Shown here: positions 17,029-26,362 of the stretch, piece after piece
Layout: every line of letters begins with the position of its first letter
How positions within the stretch are numbered: position 1 is the first letter of the stretch
Assembly: GCA_038890615.1 (NCBI GenBank)
Contig: JAWAFI010000001.1
Location: forward strand, 342,889-406,888
Length of the DNA: 64,000 nucleotides
DNA from: Candidatus Anstonellales archaeon
GTDB taxonomy: Archaea > Micrarchaeota > Micrarchaeia > Anstonellales > J096
Direction: 5' to 3'
The notes under the pieces: model-generated
What the model was told of the DNA's origin: nothing
Database searches by the model: none
Seen by the model: the letters and a program-made list of their open reading frames with translations, nothing else
Position numbers and translations under genes: made by a program

Positions 17029-18168
17029 CTAATAAGGGCCAACTCCGGTTCCGCTGCTGCTCGTTTTCTCGGTGTTTATGTCCAGCACATCCTCCTTTTT
17101 CCATTCCTGTTGCCTATTTCCTGCAACATCCTTTGCCCCACTTATTTTTATGTCAAGGCCTGTTGCCCTTTCCTCTTTGTCCAGTATCTCGTACTTGGCG
17201 ACATAAGTAAGCTCGTTGATCCAGCTGCCTCCTTTTGGGCCCAGAACTTTAAGGGCTTTTGAGAATTCTATGCTTGGCTCGCTTGCTTCCATTGGCTCAC
17301 TGTACTTAACTCTCACTTCTATTACCTTTCCAATATCCTTCCTCGTTATAAAATCGTCGCTTATCTCAAGCCCAACAACATAAGGCCTTATCATATCTAC
17401 CATAAACACAGCTCCAGAATATTCTTCTTGCAGGTTTCCAGCGCTATCCCTTCCGCCGCTCACTTGTGCATCAACTCTTTGCGCCTCAAAGCTGCTCTCC
17501 TTTATGCTATAGAGCATTTCATAATCGTTATCGCTTATCCAGCTTCCTTCCTTGAATGCAAGCACTCTTGCCATATCAGGGCTGAAAACAACAGAGGGAT
17601 TGCCTTTGCCCATTTTTTCGCTGTATCTTATCCTAACTGCAAGAGTGCCCCCAACATCCTCTGTGCTTATCTTTGAATCAGAAGCTTCTACTAAGGCGAC
17701 CTTTGGCCCAACATTGTCTATGCTGAAGGCGTCCCTTTCTACATATTCTTCATTCTCGTTGCCAGCCAAATCCCTTGCCCCTGTCACTATTATGTCAAAC
17801 CCTTCTGCCTCCAAGCCTGCGTTGCCTATCATATACTCTGCTGCATAGCTGTATTCATCAATCCATCCTTCAGTACTTGGTAAAAGCAAATGGCTAAGGT
17901 CACGGCTGAACCTTATGCTTGGCTCAACCTCCCTATCCATGCTTTCGCTAAACCTAACACTTACCCTGAAAACACCCCCGGCATCTGCTTTTGTTATCAG
18001 CTTATCAGATACCTCTACTTCTGCAACATAAGGAGCTGTGCTGTCTATCAAGCTCTCATTAGTTTCGTTTGTTATATTCTGCGTTTCATTCTTGAGCTCA
18101 TTGGGAAAATCAATGCACCCAAAGAAGAGCATCACAGCAAAAACACCTACAGCTAAAAATTTATTCAT
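17029..18168 (-). CDS. Lipoprotein-like surface protein with three tandem ~110-aa Big_5/SbsA-type Ig-like repeats
   Basis: MNKFLAVGVFAVMLFFGC signal/lipobox-like N-terminus. Three repeats each read P.V..vE.SD..It..D.GG...V.vR.SE.M....PS..FS ... G.W......Y...Y.i ... v.GarD.AGN. Confidence 0.75.
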   Translation of the reverse strand: MNKFLAVGVFAVMLFFGCIDFPNELKNETQNITNETNESLIDSTAPYVAEVEVSDKLITKADAGGVFRVSVRFSESMDREVEPSIRFSRDLSHLLLPSTEGWIDEYSYAAEYMIGNAGLEAEGFDIIVTGARDLAGNENEEYVERDAFSIDNVGPKVALVEASDSKISTEDVGGTLAVRIRYSEKMGKGNPSVVFSPDMARVLAFKEGSWISDNDYEMLYSIKESSFEAQRVDAQVSGGRDSAGNLQEEYSGAVFMVDMIRPYVVGLEISDDFITRKDIGKVIEVRVKYSEPMEASEPSIEFSKALKVLGPKGGSWINELTYVAKYEILDKEERATGLDIKISGAKDVAGNRQQEWKKEDVLDINTEKTSSSGTGVGPY

Positions 18169-18218
18169 GCTCTCACACAACTCAATGGCTCTTTTGATTT
18201 AAAATAGTATTGTTTTGG

Positions 18219-19382
18219 TTAAGTCATCCTCCTAAGTATATGGACCACTGCAGTAGCCCCACTGCCCCCAACATTATGGGTAAGCCCTATCTCTGCCCCG
18301 CTTACTTGTCTGTTCCCTGCTTCGCCCCTCAGTTGCCATACTGCCTCGACAACCTGCTTTACCCCTGTTGCCCCTACCGGATGCCCGCATGCTTTCAAGC
18401 CTCCGCTGGTGTTTATGGGAATCTTGCTTCCAAGGTAAGTAAGGCCCTCTTCTACTGCCTTGTAGCCCTGCCCTTTTTCGAAGAAGCCCAAGTCCTCTAT
18501 TGCTAGGAGTTCAGCAATTGTGAAGCAGTCGTGCACTTCTGCAAAATCAATGTCCTGCGCGCTTATGCCTGCCCTTTCATAGGCCTTTTTGGCAGCGATC
18601 CGCGTAGCATTCAAGGAAGTAAGACTTTGCCTATTGTTTAGGGCTAAGCTATCGCTTGCCTGCGTGCTTGCAGCTATCTCTACAGGCGTGTCAGTGAATT
18701 CCTTTGCCCTTTCCAAAGGAGCTAGCACAACCGCTGCAGCCCCATCTGTTATTGGCGATGAGTCAAACACCTTGAGCGGATCTGCGATCATCTTTGATTT
18801 CATCACTGTTTCCACTGTAATCTCATTCTGGTACTGCGCATATGGATTAAGCGAGCCGTGCTTGTGGTTCTTGACAGCAACCATTGCCAAGTGCTCTTCT
18901 TTTGCGCCAAAGTCATTCATATACCTAGTTGCCATTAGCGCATAAAGCCCTGGGAAAGTTGCCCCAAGGAAGAGCTCCCATTCCTGGTCCCCTGCTCCTC
19001 CAAGCACTTTTGTTGTTGCCTCTGTCCCTATATCTGTCATTTTCTCAACGCCACCTACTACCACTATGTCGTGCATCCCTGATGCCACTGCCATAAACCC
19101 TTGCCTGACTGCCATTCCTCCTGAAGCGCAGGCGCCCTCCACCCTTGTCATGGGTATTGGGTTAAGCCCCATGTAATCAGCAAGCAAAGCCCCCAAGTGC
19201 TCCTGCCCTGCAAAGCTACCTCCTGCCATATTCCCAACGTACCCTGCCTCTATGTCCTTGCCTCCTACTCCTGCGTCTTCAATTGCCTTTATGCCTGCTT
19301 CGAGTGTCAAGTCCCTAAGCCCCTTATCCCAATGCTCCCCAAACTTTGTCATTCCTACTCCTATCACAGCTACTTTCCTCAT
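18219..19382 (-). CDS. Acetyl-CoA acetyltransferase (archaeal thiolase)
   Basis: Thiolase fold with active-site region [11 protein letters not shown]-terminal [17 protein letters not shown] and GGSG. 4-nt ATGA overlap with the upstream HMG-CoA synthase gene. Confidence 0.9.
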   Translation of the reverse strand: MRKVAVIGVGMTKFGEHWDKGLRDLTLEAGIKAIEDAGVGGKDIEAGYVGNMAGGSFAGQEHLGALLADYMGLNPIPMTRVEGACASGGMAVRQGFMAVASGMHDIVVVGGVEKMTDIGTEATTKVLGGAGDQEWELFLGATFPGLYALMATRYMNDFGAKEEHLAMVAVKNHKHGSLNPYAQYQNEITVETVMKSKMIADPLKVFDSSPITDGAAAVVLAPLERAKEFTDTPVEIAASTQASDSLALNNRQSLTSLNATRIAAKKAYERAGISAQDIDFAEVHDCFTIAELLAIEDLGFFEKGQGYKAVEEGLTYLGSKIPINTSGGLKACGHPVGATGVKQVVEAVWQLRGEAGNRQVSGAEIGLTHNVGGSGATAVVHILRRMT

Positions 19383-20422
19383 TCTACCAACCCCTTCAAT
19401 TTTCTCCTCAGCTTAACATACCTTGCATAAGTAACATATTCTTTGTCTGCTATCATTTCCTCAACGCTTGGCCCAACTTTCTGCAATTCTTCAATACCTT
19501 CCTTGACCTCAATCACAAAGGAATCGCTCCCTGCACCGCTGCCGAAGCTTGTTGCAAGTATCTTTTGCCCTGGCTTGGCAACATCAAGAACTGCGCAAAG
19601 CCCAAGCATTGTTGCCCCTGAGTAAGTGTTTCCTATTCTTGGCACCAAAAGGCCAGGCATAAGCTTCTCCTTTGGTATTCCAAGCTTCTTTGCTGCTTGG
19701 GTTGGAAACTTTGCATTTGGCTGGTGGAACACCACATAATCAAACTCGTTTAAACTGTACCCCCCTTTCTCAAGTATGCCTTTTGTTGCACCTATTATGT
19801 GCTTGAAGTATGCTGGCTCCCCAGTGAACCTCCCTCCATGGCTTGGGAACTCTGCCCCTTGCCTTCTCCAAAAATCAGGGGTGTCAGTGCTGAAAGAGTA
19901 TGTCATCTCTATATGCGCTATGCCGCTCTTCCCTACAACTATAGCCCCAGCCCCTGCAGCAGCGCTGTACTCCAATGCATCTGCAGGCCTTCCCTGCGCA
20001 GTGTCAGAACCTATTGCTAGCGCGTATTTCATGAGCCCTGAGTCAACCATTCCTATGCCTATCTGCACTCCTGCAGTGCCTGCCTTGCATGCGAACTCAA
20101 GGTCAGCAGCAGTTAGCGAAGGCGTTGCATCTATTGCCTCTGCAACTATTGTTGCCGTTGGCTTCACTGCATATGGATGGCTTTCGCTCCCAACATATAC
20201 AGCCCCAATATCCTTTGGGTTTATCCTGCCTCTCCTTATGGCAACCCTTGCTGCCTCAACAGCCATTGTTGCTGCATCCTCGTCAAAAGCAGGTACTGCC
20301 TTTTCCTTTATGCCAAGGCCATCCTCTATTCTTGCTGGGTCCTCTCCCCATACTTCTGCTATCTCCCTCGTCTGTATCCTGTATTTTGGTATATAAGCTC
20401 CATACGAAACTATATCTGCCAT
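19379..20422 (-). CDS. Hydroxymethylglutaryl-CoA synthase (archaeal type)
   Basis: [16 protein letters not shown], catalytic Cys context [22 protein letters not shown] motifs; 347 aa. Confidence 0.9.
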   Translation of the reverse strand: MADIVSYGAYIPKYRIQTREIAEVWGEDPARIEDGLGIKEKAVPAFDEDAATMAVEAARVAIRRGRINPKDIGAVYVGSESHPYAVKPTATIVAEAIDATPSLTAADLEFACKAGTAGVQIGIGMVDSGLMKYALAIGSDTAQGRPADALEYSAAAGAGAIVVGKSGIAHIEMTYSFSTDTPDFWRRQGAEFPSHGGRFTGEPAYFKHIIGATKGILEKGGYSLNEFDYVVFHQPNAKFPTQAAKKLGIPKEKLMPGLLVPRIGNTYSGATMLGLCAVLDVAKPGQKILATSFGSGAGSDSFVIEVKEGIEELQKVGPSVEEMIADKEYVTYARYVKLRRKLKGLVE

Positions 20423-20535
20423 AGCGAAAACCCTCCAGCAGGTATTTTAATATTGCTTGCCTTGCTTCGTTGATCGTAGAAATTGAATTAATAAAACATA
20501 TTTAAATAAACACTAAAAATAACTTAAGGTTAAGG

Positions 20536-21267
20536 ATGAAGCCTCTTGCTTTGATTATTTTGGTTTCAACGTGCTTTGCTATCCCCTTAATCACTGTTGA
20601 AAGGGATGGAACAGCCATAATAGAAATTGATGAGCCCTTCCAAAATACATTCAGCTTTGATGTTATTGAGGGGAACTTCAGTATTGAAGGCACAGAAGTA
20701 ATTCCTTCAACCCACCTTACGCTCCAAACACAAGACATTACCTCAAAGAACGGAACAGAATGGTCCTTAAAGCTTCCTTTCCGCGCAACAGTGCTCCTGC
20801 CAAAGCCGGTTTCAATAGTGAATACACCTAACATAGAAAAGGTTTCCTTCTCATTTGACAGGGTTTCTGTTGTTGCTTCCCCAGGGAACCTCTATTACTC
20901 ATTGGATAAGCAGGATGCCTCTTCAGTCCCTCTTTCCACTGTGCTTGCCGCATTGGCAATGCTGCTGATTGCAGCAATAGCTCTGCTCATCTACTTCTTC
21001 CTTAAGGAGGGGGGAAAACCAGCAGCGCAGGTTGTTCAGCACCAAGCCCCAAAAGAAGACATTTTGCGTTTGCTCACTGAAAACGAAAAAGCCCTTTATA
21101 CTAAGATAGCAGAGAGGCCTGGAATAACACAGAAGGAGCTGTTTGCGCTTTCAGGCCTACCTAAATCAACGCTTTCAATAACGCTCAAGCGCCTCATCTC
21201 AAAAGGCTTGGTGGATCGTGCGAAGGTAGGCATTTCTGTAAAGCTTTATCCTGCCAAAAAGCCATAA
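20536..21267 (+). CDS. Membrane-tethered winged-helix (MarR/TrmB-like) protein: signal peptide, extracytoplasmic domain, TM, cytoplasmic wHTH
   Basis: N-terminus MKPLALIILVSTCFA, TM VLAALAMLLIAAIALLIYFFL, then LTENEKALYTKIAERPGITQKELFALSGLPKSTLSITLKRLISKGLVDR (wHTH). Confidence 0.7.
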   Translation: MKPLALIILVSTCFAIPLITVERDGTAIIEIDEPFQNTFSFDVIEGNFSIEGTEVIPSTHLTLQTQDITSKNGTEWSLKLPFRATVLLPKPVSIVNTPNIEKVSFSFDRVSVVASPGNLYYSLDKQDASSVPLSTVLAALAMLLIAAIALLIYFFLKEGGKPAAQVVQHQAPKEDILRLLTENEKALYTKIAERPGITQKELFALSGLPKSTLSITLKRLISKGLVDRAKVGISVKLYPAKKP

Positions 21268-21342
21268 TTTATCCCGGTTCAAGTCTGTTCAACCCTGTTC
21301 ATGCTCATATTTAAATACCATTCAGAATGATGGTTGCTGGTG

Positions 21343-22125
21343 ATGCATATGGAAGCAAAAACAATGTTTTTGGGTTTGCTCCTGCTTGGTTTTTTCACAG
21401 CAGGGCTAAGCGCCCAAGGCCCTTATGGGCAGGGAGCATGCGCACAGGTAATTACATATGCTGAGAACCCCTCAACAGGGGGGGTTGAGGCATTCCCAAC
21501 GCCTTGCGATGTGCCAAAAGGATGGAAAACAGTTTCAGGCCCTAAGGGCAGCTTAGGGGATGGCCAGAAAAATCAAGGAAGTGCAGGGGGAGGGCAGGGC
21601 AATGGCCTGCAAGGTCAGGATGGTACGAGCAATGGCGCAAGCTCTGATTTCATAAGGGTTTTTGTATACGATGCCGGCAACCCTGTTAACGCTATTGGAG
21701 TGCTGCTTAAGGATGGCATAGTAGTTGATGCAACCATGGGCCACAGGCTGAATCTCAAAGGCGAAGGCGAATACACCCTTATGGTTATAGCTGTTGGTTA
21801 TCCTATAAAAACCCTTGATGTTTCAGCAGGCGACTACACTATAGACCTTTCAAGCAACACAATACAATCAGCCGAAGCAGGCTCAATGCAGGTGTGTGCC
21901 AACACAGGCCCCCAGATGAGCGCAGAGCAGGCAAAGAACAGGGTTAGGTCAAAGTTTGGCGAATTAAAAGATATAGTTGGGCAGGTGCGCCTAGAATTCA
22001 AGGACTGCAAAGCGCTCTACAAGATGAAGGTAAGGAAGCAGATGAGGCTTTTTGGAGTGCTCCCTATTCCATTTGATGAAGAATTGGAGGTGGCAGTGGA
22101 TGCACAGACAGGTGAGGTAAGCTAA
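21343..22125 (+). CDS. Secreted protein with Gly-rich linker, CarboxypepD_reg-like beta domain and C-terminal PepSY-like domain
   Basis: Signal peptide MFLGLLLLGFFTAGLSAQG. C-terminal ...LYKMKV...ELEVAVDAQTGEVS resembles the PepSY ending (vdA.tGev). Start chosen at ATG 21343, ~25-30 nt from CATATTTAAATACC. Confidence 0.6.
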   Translation: MHMEAKTMFLGLLLLGFFTAGLSAQGPYGQGACAQVITYAENPSTGGVEAFPTPCDVPKGWKTVSGPKGSLGDGQKNQGSAGGGQGNGLQGQDGTSNGASSDFIRVFVYDAGNPVNAIGVLLKDGIVVDATMGHRLNLKGEGEYTLMVIAVGYPIKTLDVSAGDYTIDLSSNTIQSAEAGSMQVCANTGPQMSAEQAKNRVRSKFGELKDIVGQVRLEFKDCKALYKMKVRKQMRLFGVLPIPFDEELEVAVDAQTGEVS

Positions 22126-22128
22126 CTT

Positions 22129-23277
22129 TTAATTTCCTAATTTTTCAGCTGCCTTCTTGAATTCTGCTGAGCTCCTGTAAACATCCCTATTCCCCATCAG
22201 TATCTTAAGCCCATTTTTTATAAGCTCAATAGGCTCCTTCATATAGCTGTCCTTTGTTTTTTCTATTTCCTTTACGATATACCAAAGCTTTGTGCTCTCG
22301 ATAATTTCGCATGCTTCAGCAACCCTCTGGAGCGCCATGGATGAATTTCCATTGGATAAATAGTAAAGGGCTGAGATAACTTTCTTCTTTGCATATTCTT
22401 CAGTTCCCTTGTACTTGAGGCTGTCTCTAATTTGCTCTAGCTCCTCCTTTGAACTAGGATCTTCTTTCCTTATCTTCTTTTCCACTTCCTTAAGCATATC
22501 TATATGCTTCTTATCCCTTTCCCAAAGCGATAGCAAAGCGTACCTCTGTGCCTTGCTCTTGCCCTCAAATAGCAGGAGCACCTCCTTGAGCATCACATCC
22601 CTAACTTGCCTAAGCCCGTATTCCCTGAGCTTGTTGTATGCCATTATGCCGCTGCTTTCCTTGTCCCTCCAATTGCCAAACCTGTTCCTAAATGCCACTA
22701 TCTTGGAGCAAGCTGCAGCTATAAGGGCGCGCTTCCTGAAAATAGAGATGGTTCCATCCTTCATCTCATCAAGGTATTTGTACACCTCTTCAAGCTTTTC
22801 ATTGGCCAGCTGCTTGCTCAATGACCTTGCAAGCGTTGTGTTTTCAAGAATGAAATCAATATCTCTTTTCACTGCTTCGATCTCTTTGCTTCCCATAGAT
22901 TCCCCATTTTCAGCAAGCTGCGCATTTATTTTCTCAGCGATCTTAAGGACCTTGTCCCGCTTCTTAAACTCTTTGATGTAATTTTCCCCAATGTGCTTTA
23001 GCATCCTCACCCCTTTTGCTATGCTGACAACGGCTTTCTTCTCCTCCTCCCATTCCTTGAATTTTATCTCCACCATGCCCCCAAAGAAGCGCATCTTCAT
23101 GTCTTCTGGGTGTTTGGTTATTACTGACTGCCCGTTTTCATCCTTGCCTACTATATCCCTTCCGCTTAGTTTTGCCAGCTTGGAGGAAGGGTTTTCTTCA
23201 AGAAGCACGCTTTTCCTGAACTCATTCCTTAATTTTGCGAGCTCCCCCTCAAGGAGCTTTGAGGCCTTGCTCTTCAT
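22129..23277 (-). CDS. Hypothetical all-helical protein (382 aa), downstream partner of the caspase-like gene
   Basis: Long K/E/L-rich ORF, same strand, 35 nt downstream of 23313..24314. No motif recognised. Confidence 0.6.
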   Translation of the reverse strand: MKSKASKLLEGELAKLRNEFRKSVLLEENPSSKLAKLSGRDIVGKDENGQSVITKHPEDMKMRFFGGMVEIKFKEWEEEKKAVVSIAKGVRMLKHIGENYIKEFKKRDKVLKIAEKINAQLAENGESMGSKEIEAVKRDIDFILENTTLARSLSKQLANEKLEEVYKYLDEMKDGTISIFRKRALIAAACSKIVAFRNRFGNWRDKESSGIMAYNKLREYGLRQVRDVMLKEVLLLFEGKSKAQRYALLSLWERDKKHIDMLKEVEKKIRKEDPSSKEELEQIRDSLKYKGTEEYAKKKVISALYYLSNGNSSMALQRVAEACEIIESTKLWYIVKEIEKTKDSYMKEPIELIKNGLKILMGNRDVYRSSAEFKKAAEKLGN

Positions 23278-23312
23278 GCATATCTATTCCTTTTCTCCTT
23301 TTAATACCCTTT

Positions 23313-24314
23313 CTATTTTATTGGAACGCCCTTGAGGTAAGTCCTTTTTGGAACATCGTACTCAACACCAATTATTTTGCCTTCAGGGTTGAGGATGTAA
23401 TGGGTCCTTTCTGTCACATCCTGCGGGGCAAAAACAGTGCATTCCAGCTCCTTTGAAATCAGATGGCCGATCCCTCCAATGTTCATCCCCCCTGTTGAGC
23501 ACGAAAGAAGCACAACAGTTGGGTTGTCCACGAAGAATTTCTTGAGCTTGGCTATCTCTTCCTTGTCGCTCAAGTCAATCATACCCATTTCATTCTTATC
23601 GCCAAGGGTTATGTTGGTCGGCTCCCCATGGCCTGCCAATATGAGCGTATCTATCTTTCCGTACATATTTGAGAAATATACAATGTTTGAGTATAGCTTC
23701 TCCTCTTTCTCTACTTCAAATAAGATGACATTGTAGTATTTAGCCAATCTTTCAAGCTCAGCCCCTTCTTTGTAAAAAGCCCCTATATAATCGCTTTTGT
23801 TGAAAGCCACAAGGAGCAAGGGCTTTTTGCTTGCCTTTTTAAGATTTGAGTATACCTTTTCAAGAAGATTTTTTGTATACCTCCCAAAGTTTTCTATTCC
23901 TAATTCCCTGTAAAGCGTAAATGTATTTTCAATCCCTATTGCATTTATAGCATAGGCAAAGTTGAGCACTGTTATGGGCTTGGGCTTTTTTATGCCGCTG
24001 TCCTTGAGCATCTTCTCTGCTTTGAGGTAAACTTCTTTGTTTATGGAAAGCAGCACTTCCACATCCGGGTTGAATTGAAGCATAGAAGTAAAGCACAGCA
24101 TATCACTGAAATTTGCCCCCCTATTTTTTATAACTCTTATGAGTTCTAAGAACCTGTCAAGCACCTTTTCTTCAACTAGATTCTTTCTTAAATAAGGGTT
24201 GCTTATCAGCGAATCCATCACCCAACCAGCATCAAGGCCCTTTTCTTCTGCTTTCTTGATTAGCAGTTCAAGCCCTTCCTGCTGCTTTTTTTTGTCAGCT
24301 TCCTTAAGAGGCAT
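23313..24314 (-). CDS. Hypothetical protein with C-terminal caspase/metacaspase/CHAT-like His-Cys signature
   Basis: PLLLVAFNKSDY (beta strand), IDTLILAGHGEP (His229) and PTVVLLSCSTGG (Cys272, codon at 23499-23501) mimic the SGHG ... D(S/C)CHSG pattern of peptidase C14/CHAT. An alpha/beta-hydrolase reading (HG oxyanion hole plus S-x-S-x-G elbow) cannot be excluded. Confidence 0.6.
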   Translation of the reverse strand: MPLKEADKKKQQEGLELLIKKAEEKGLDAGWVMDSLISNPYLRKNLVEEKVLDRFLELIRVIKNRGANFSDMLCFTSMLQFNPDVEVLLSINKEVYLKAEKMLKDSGIKKPKPITVLNFAYAINAIGIENTFTLYRELGIENFGRYTKNLLEKVYSNLKKASKKPLLLVAFNKSDYIGAFYKEGAELERLAKYYNVILFEVEKEEKLYSNIVYFSNMYGKIDTLILAGHGEPTNITLGDKNEMGMIDLSDKEEIAKLKKFFVDNPTVVLLSCSTGGMNIGGIGHLISKELECTVFAPQDVTERTHYILNPEGKIIGVEYDVPKRTYLKGVPIK

Positions 24315-24364
24315 AAAGGAAATTCGCTCACAACCTTTTTAATCTTAATCTATAGAGCTACTTA

Positions 24365-25045
24365 TCAAATATAAGCTGGCAGGTTGTAAAAGAGAGATAT
24401 AAGCACAATCAAGGAGTATTGGATTGCATAAGAGGACAGGGGATACCTACCCATCAAAGAAATTATCGGAGCCTTAACGCTGCTTTTCTCAAGCTGTTTT
24501 GTTGCAAATGCAGCAATTGGAGTGCAGAGCGAGGTATAATTGTATGGTGCAGGCAGGAGCAAGGCAGCAGGCAAGAAAACCAGCGAAACCCAAGGGCTGC
24601 TGCCTTTTCTTATAAGCATGCCAAGAGCAGCCTGCGAGAAGACAAGAGGTAGCGGGTAATCAAAAAAATAAGAGGTTGGATCAAGAGGGTAAAGGAAAAC
24701 TGCTGGAAGAAGCAGCGCAAGCGCCTCTCCAAACAAAATGCACAGAGCATAAACAGCAAGGAAGCTTGCAAGTATCTCCACCTTCCTCATTATTGGCAAA
24801 TAAAAGAAGTTAACAAAAAACGCAACAAGCAAAATATCCACTGCCCTAACCATAAGCCTTTCCCTGCCCCTCCCAACAAGGAAATAACCTATAAGCACTG
24901 CGAATATTGGCTCTGCCAACCTTGTTAAAATCCTCAGATTGCTTGTCTCAACTGGCTGGAACAGCACTATCGCAAGGAAGTGGTCAAGCACCATCAGCGA
25001 TATGGCTATGCCGCGAAGGGTATCAAGGCCTTCCTTTCTTTCCAT
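24365..25045 (-). CDS. Polytopic membrane protein, DUF1624 / heparan-alpha-glucosaminide N-acetyltransferase-like
   Basis: LDTLRGIAISLMVLDHF N-terminal motif followed by multiple hydrophobic helices. Confidence 0.6.
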   Translation of the reverse strand: MERKEGLDTLRGIAISLMVLDHFLAIVLFQPVETSNLRILTRLAEPIFAVLIGYFLVGRGRERLMVRAVDILLVAFFVNFFYLPIMRKVEILASFLAVYALCILFGEALALLLPAVFLYPLDPTSYFFDYPLPLVFSQAALGMLIRKGSSPWVSLVFLPAALLLPAPYNYTSLCTPIAAFATKQLEKSSVKAPIISLMGRYPLSSYAIQYSLIVLISLFYNLPAYI

Positions 25046-25092
25046 CACTAACCTATGCGCATCATTATTAAGATTTGCTGTTATTTATCATA

Positions 25093-26358
25093 ATGGAATT
25101 TAAGGATTTGATAAAGAAAGGCACGCTACTCTTATCCATAGAGAGGGCAGGCTTCAGGAAGCCAACAGAGATACAAGAAAAGGCAATACCGCCTCTCCTT
25201 GAAGGCCAGGATGTGATAGGAAAGGCAAGGACCGGCACAGGAAAGACAGGCGCGTTTGCGCTGAGCATGCTAAGCAGCATAAAGCCCTATCTTTATGGGC
25301 TTATAGTAGTGCCTACAAGGGAGCTATGCTTGCAGATAGTTGATGAGTTCAAGAAGCTTGGAAGGAATGAAAGGTTCAGCATAGTTGCGGTATACGGAGG
25401 GGTTTCAATAGGAAGGCAGGCTGACCAGCTTAAGCACGCCAGCATAGTTGTAGCCACGCCTGGAAGGCTGCTTGATCATATAGGCAGGGGCAACATAGAC
25501 CTATCAAAGATAAGCTTCTTAGTATTGGATGAGGCAGACAGGATGCTGGACATGGGCTTCATAGACGACATAAGGGAAATACTTAGACATCTTCCTGAAG
25601 ACAGGCAATCTGCGCTTTTCTCAGCAACTCTACCTCCTGAGATAATAAGGCTTTCGCAGGACTTTATGCGCGACCCAATAACAATTGATGCAATAGGGGA
25701 CAAGCACACAGTAGAAACCTTGGCGCAATACTATGTCCATGTGCCCCAGAACAGGAAGGTGTCTGCGCTTGCAGAGCTACTCCGCACAAGGAAATACGAT
25801 GCTGCGCTTGTATTTACCAGGACAAAACGCACTGCTGATTTCCTTTTTCGCATTTTGTCAAAGGAGTTTAAGGCCTCAAAGCTTCATGGGGATATGAGCC
25901 AGAAAAACAGGGAGAGCTCAATCACGAGCATGCGCAAGGGCCATTCACAAGTGCTTATAGCAACAGATGTTGCAGCAAGGGGCATTGACATCTCAAGCAT
26001 TGACCTTGTAATCAACTACGACATCCCGGAGGATTCTGACTCTTACATACACAAGGTAGGAAGGACTGCAAGGGCTGATGAGAAAGGGGAGGCAGTGAGC
26101 ATAATCTCCAACATGGAAGAGCATAGGAGGATTGAGGAATACTCTTTCAGGACAAGGGCGCCGATAGAAGAGATAAAGGTTGCTGACTCTTACAAAGGGC
26201 GCGAGTATTATGAGCCAAGGCAGGAGGACATCGTGTTGAGGAGGCCAACCTTTGGCGTTGTTGAGAGGCGCAGAAGCACAGGCTCACACAAAAGAAGAGT
26301 TTATGGAAGGACCCAAAGTGGCAGGGGCCATGGCCACGCAAGGGGAAGGCGTGGCTAA
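25093..26358 (+). CDS. DEAD-box ATP-dependent RNA helicase with RG-rich tail
   Basis: Q motif GFRKPTEIQ, motif I ARTGTGKT, PTRELC, DEAD (VLDEADRM), SAT, HGDMSQ, motif VI VGRTARA; C-terminal RRSTGSHKRRVYGRTQSGRGHGHARGRRG. Confidence 0.9.
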   Translation: MEFKDLIKKGTLLLSIERAGFRKPTEIQEKAIPPLLEGQDVIGKARTGTGKTGAFALSMLSSIKPYLYGLIVVPTRELCLQIVDEFKKLGRNERFSIVAVYGGVSIGRQADQLKHASIVVATPGRLLDHIGRGNIDLSKISFLVLDEADRMLDMGFIDDIREILRHLPEDRQSALFSATLPPEIIRLSQDFMRDPITIDAIGDKHTVETLAQYYVHVPQNRKVSALAELLRTRKYDAALVFTRTKRTADFLFRILSKEFKASKLHGDMSQKNRESSITSMRKGHSQVLIATDVAARGIDISSIDLVINYDIPEDSDSYIHKVGRTARADEKGEAVSIISNMEEHRRIEEYSFRTRAPIEEIKVADSYKGREYYEPRQEDIVLRRPTFGVVERRRSTGSHKRRVYGRTQSGRGHGHARGRRG

Positions 26359-26362
26359 AGAA

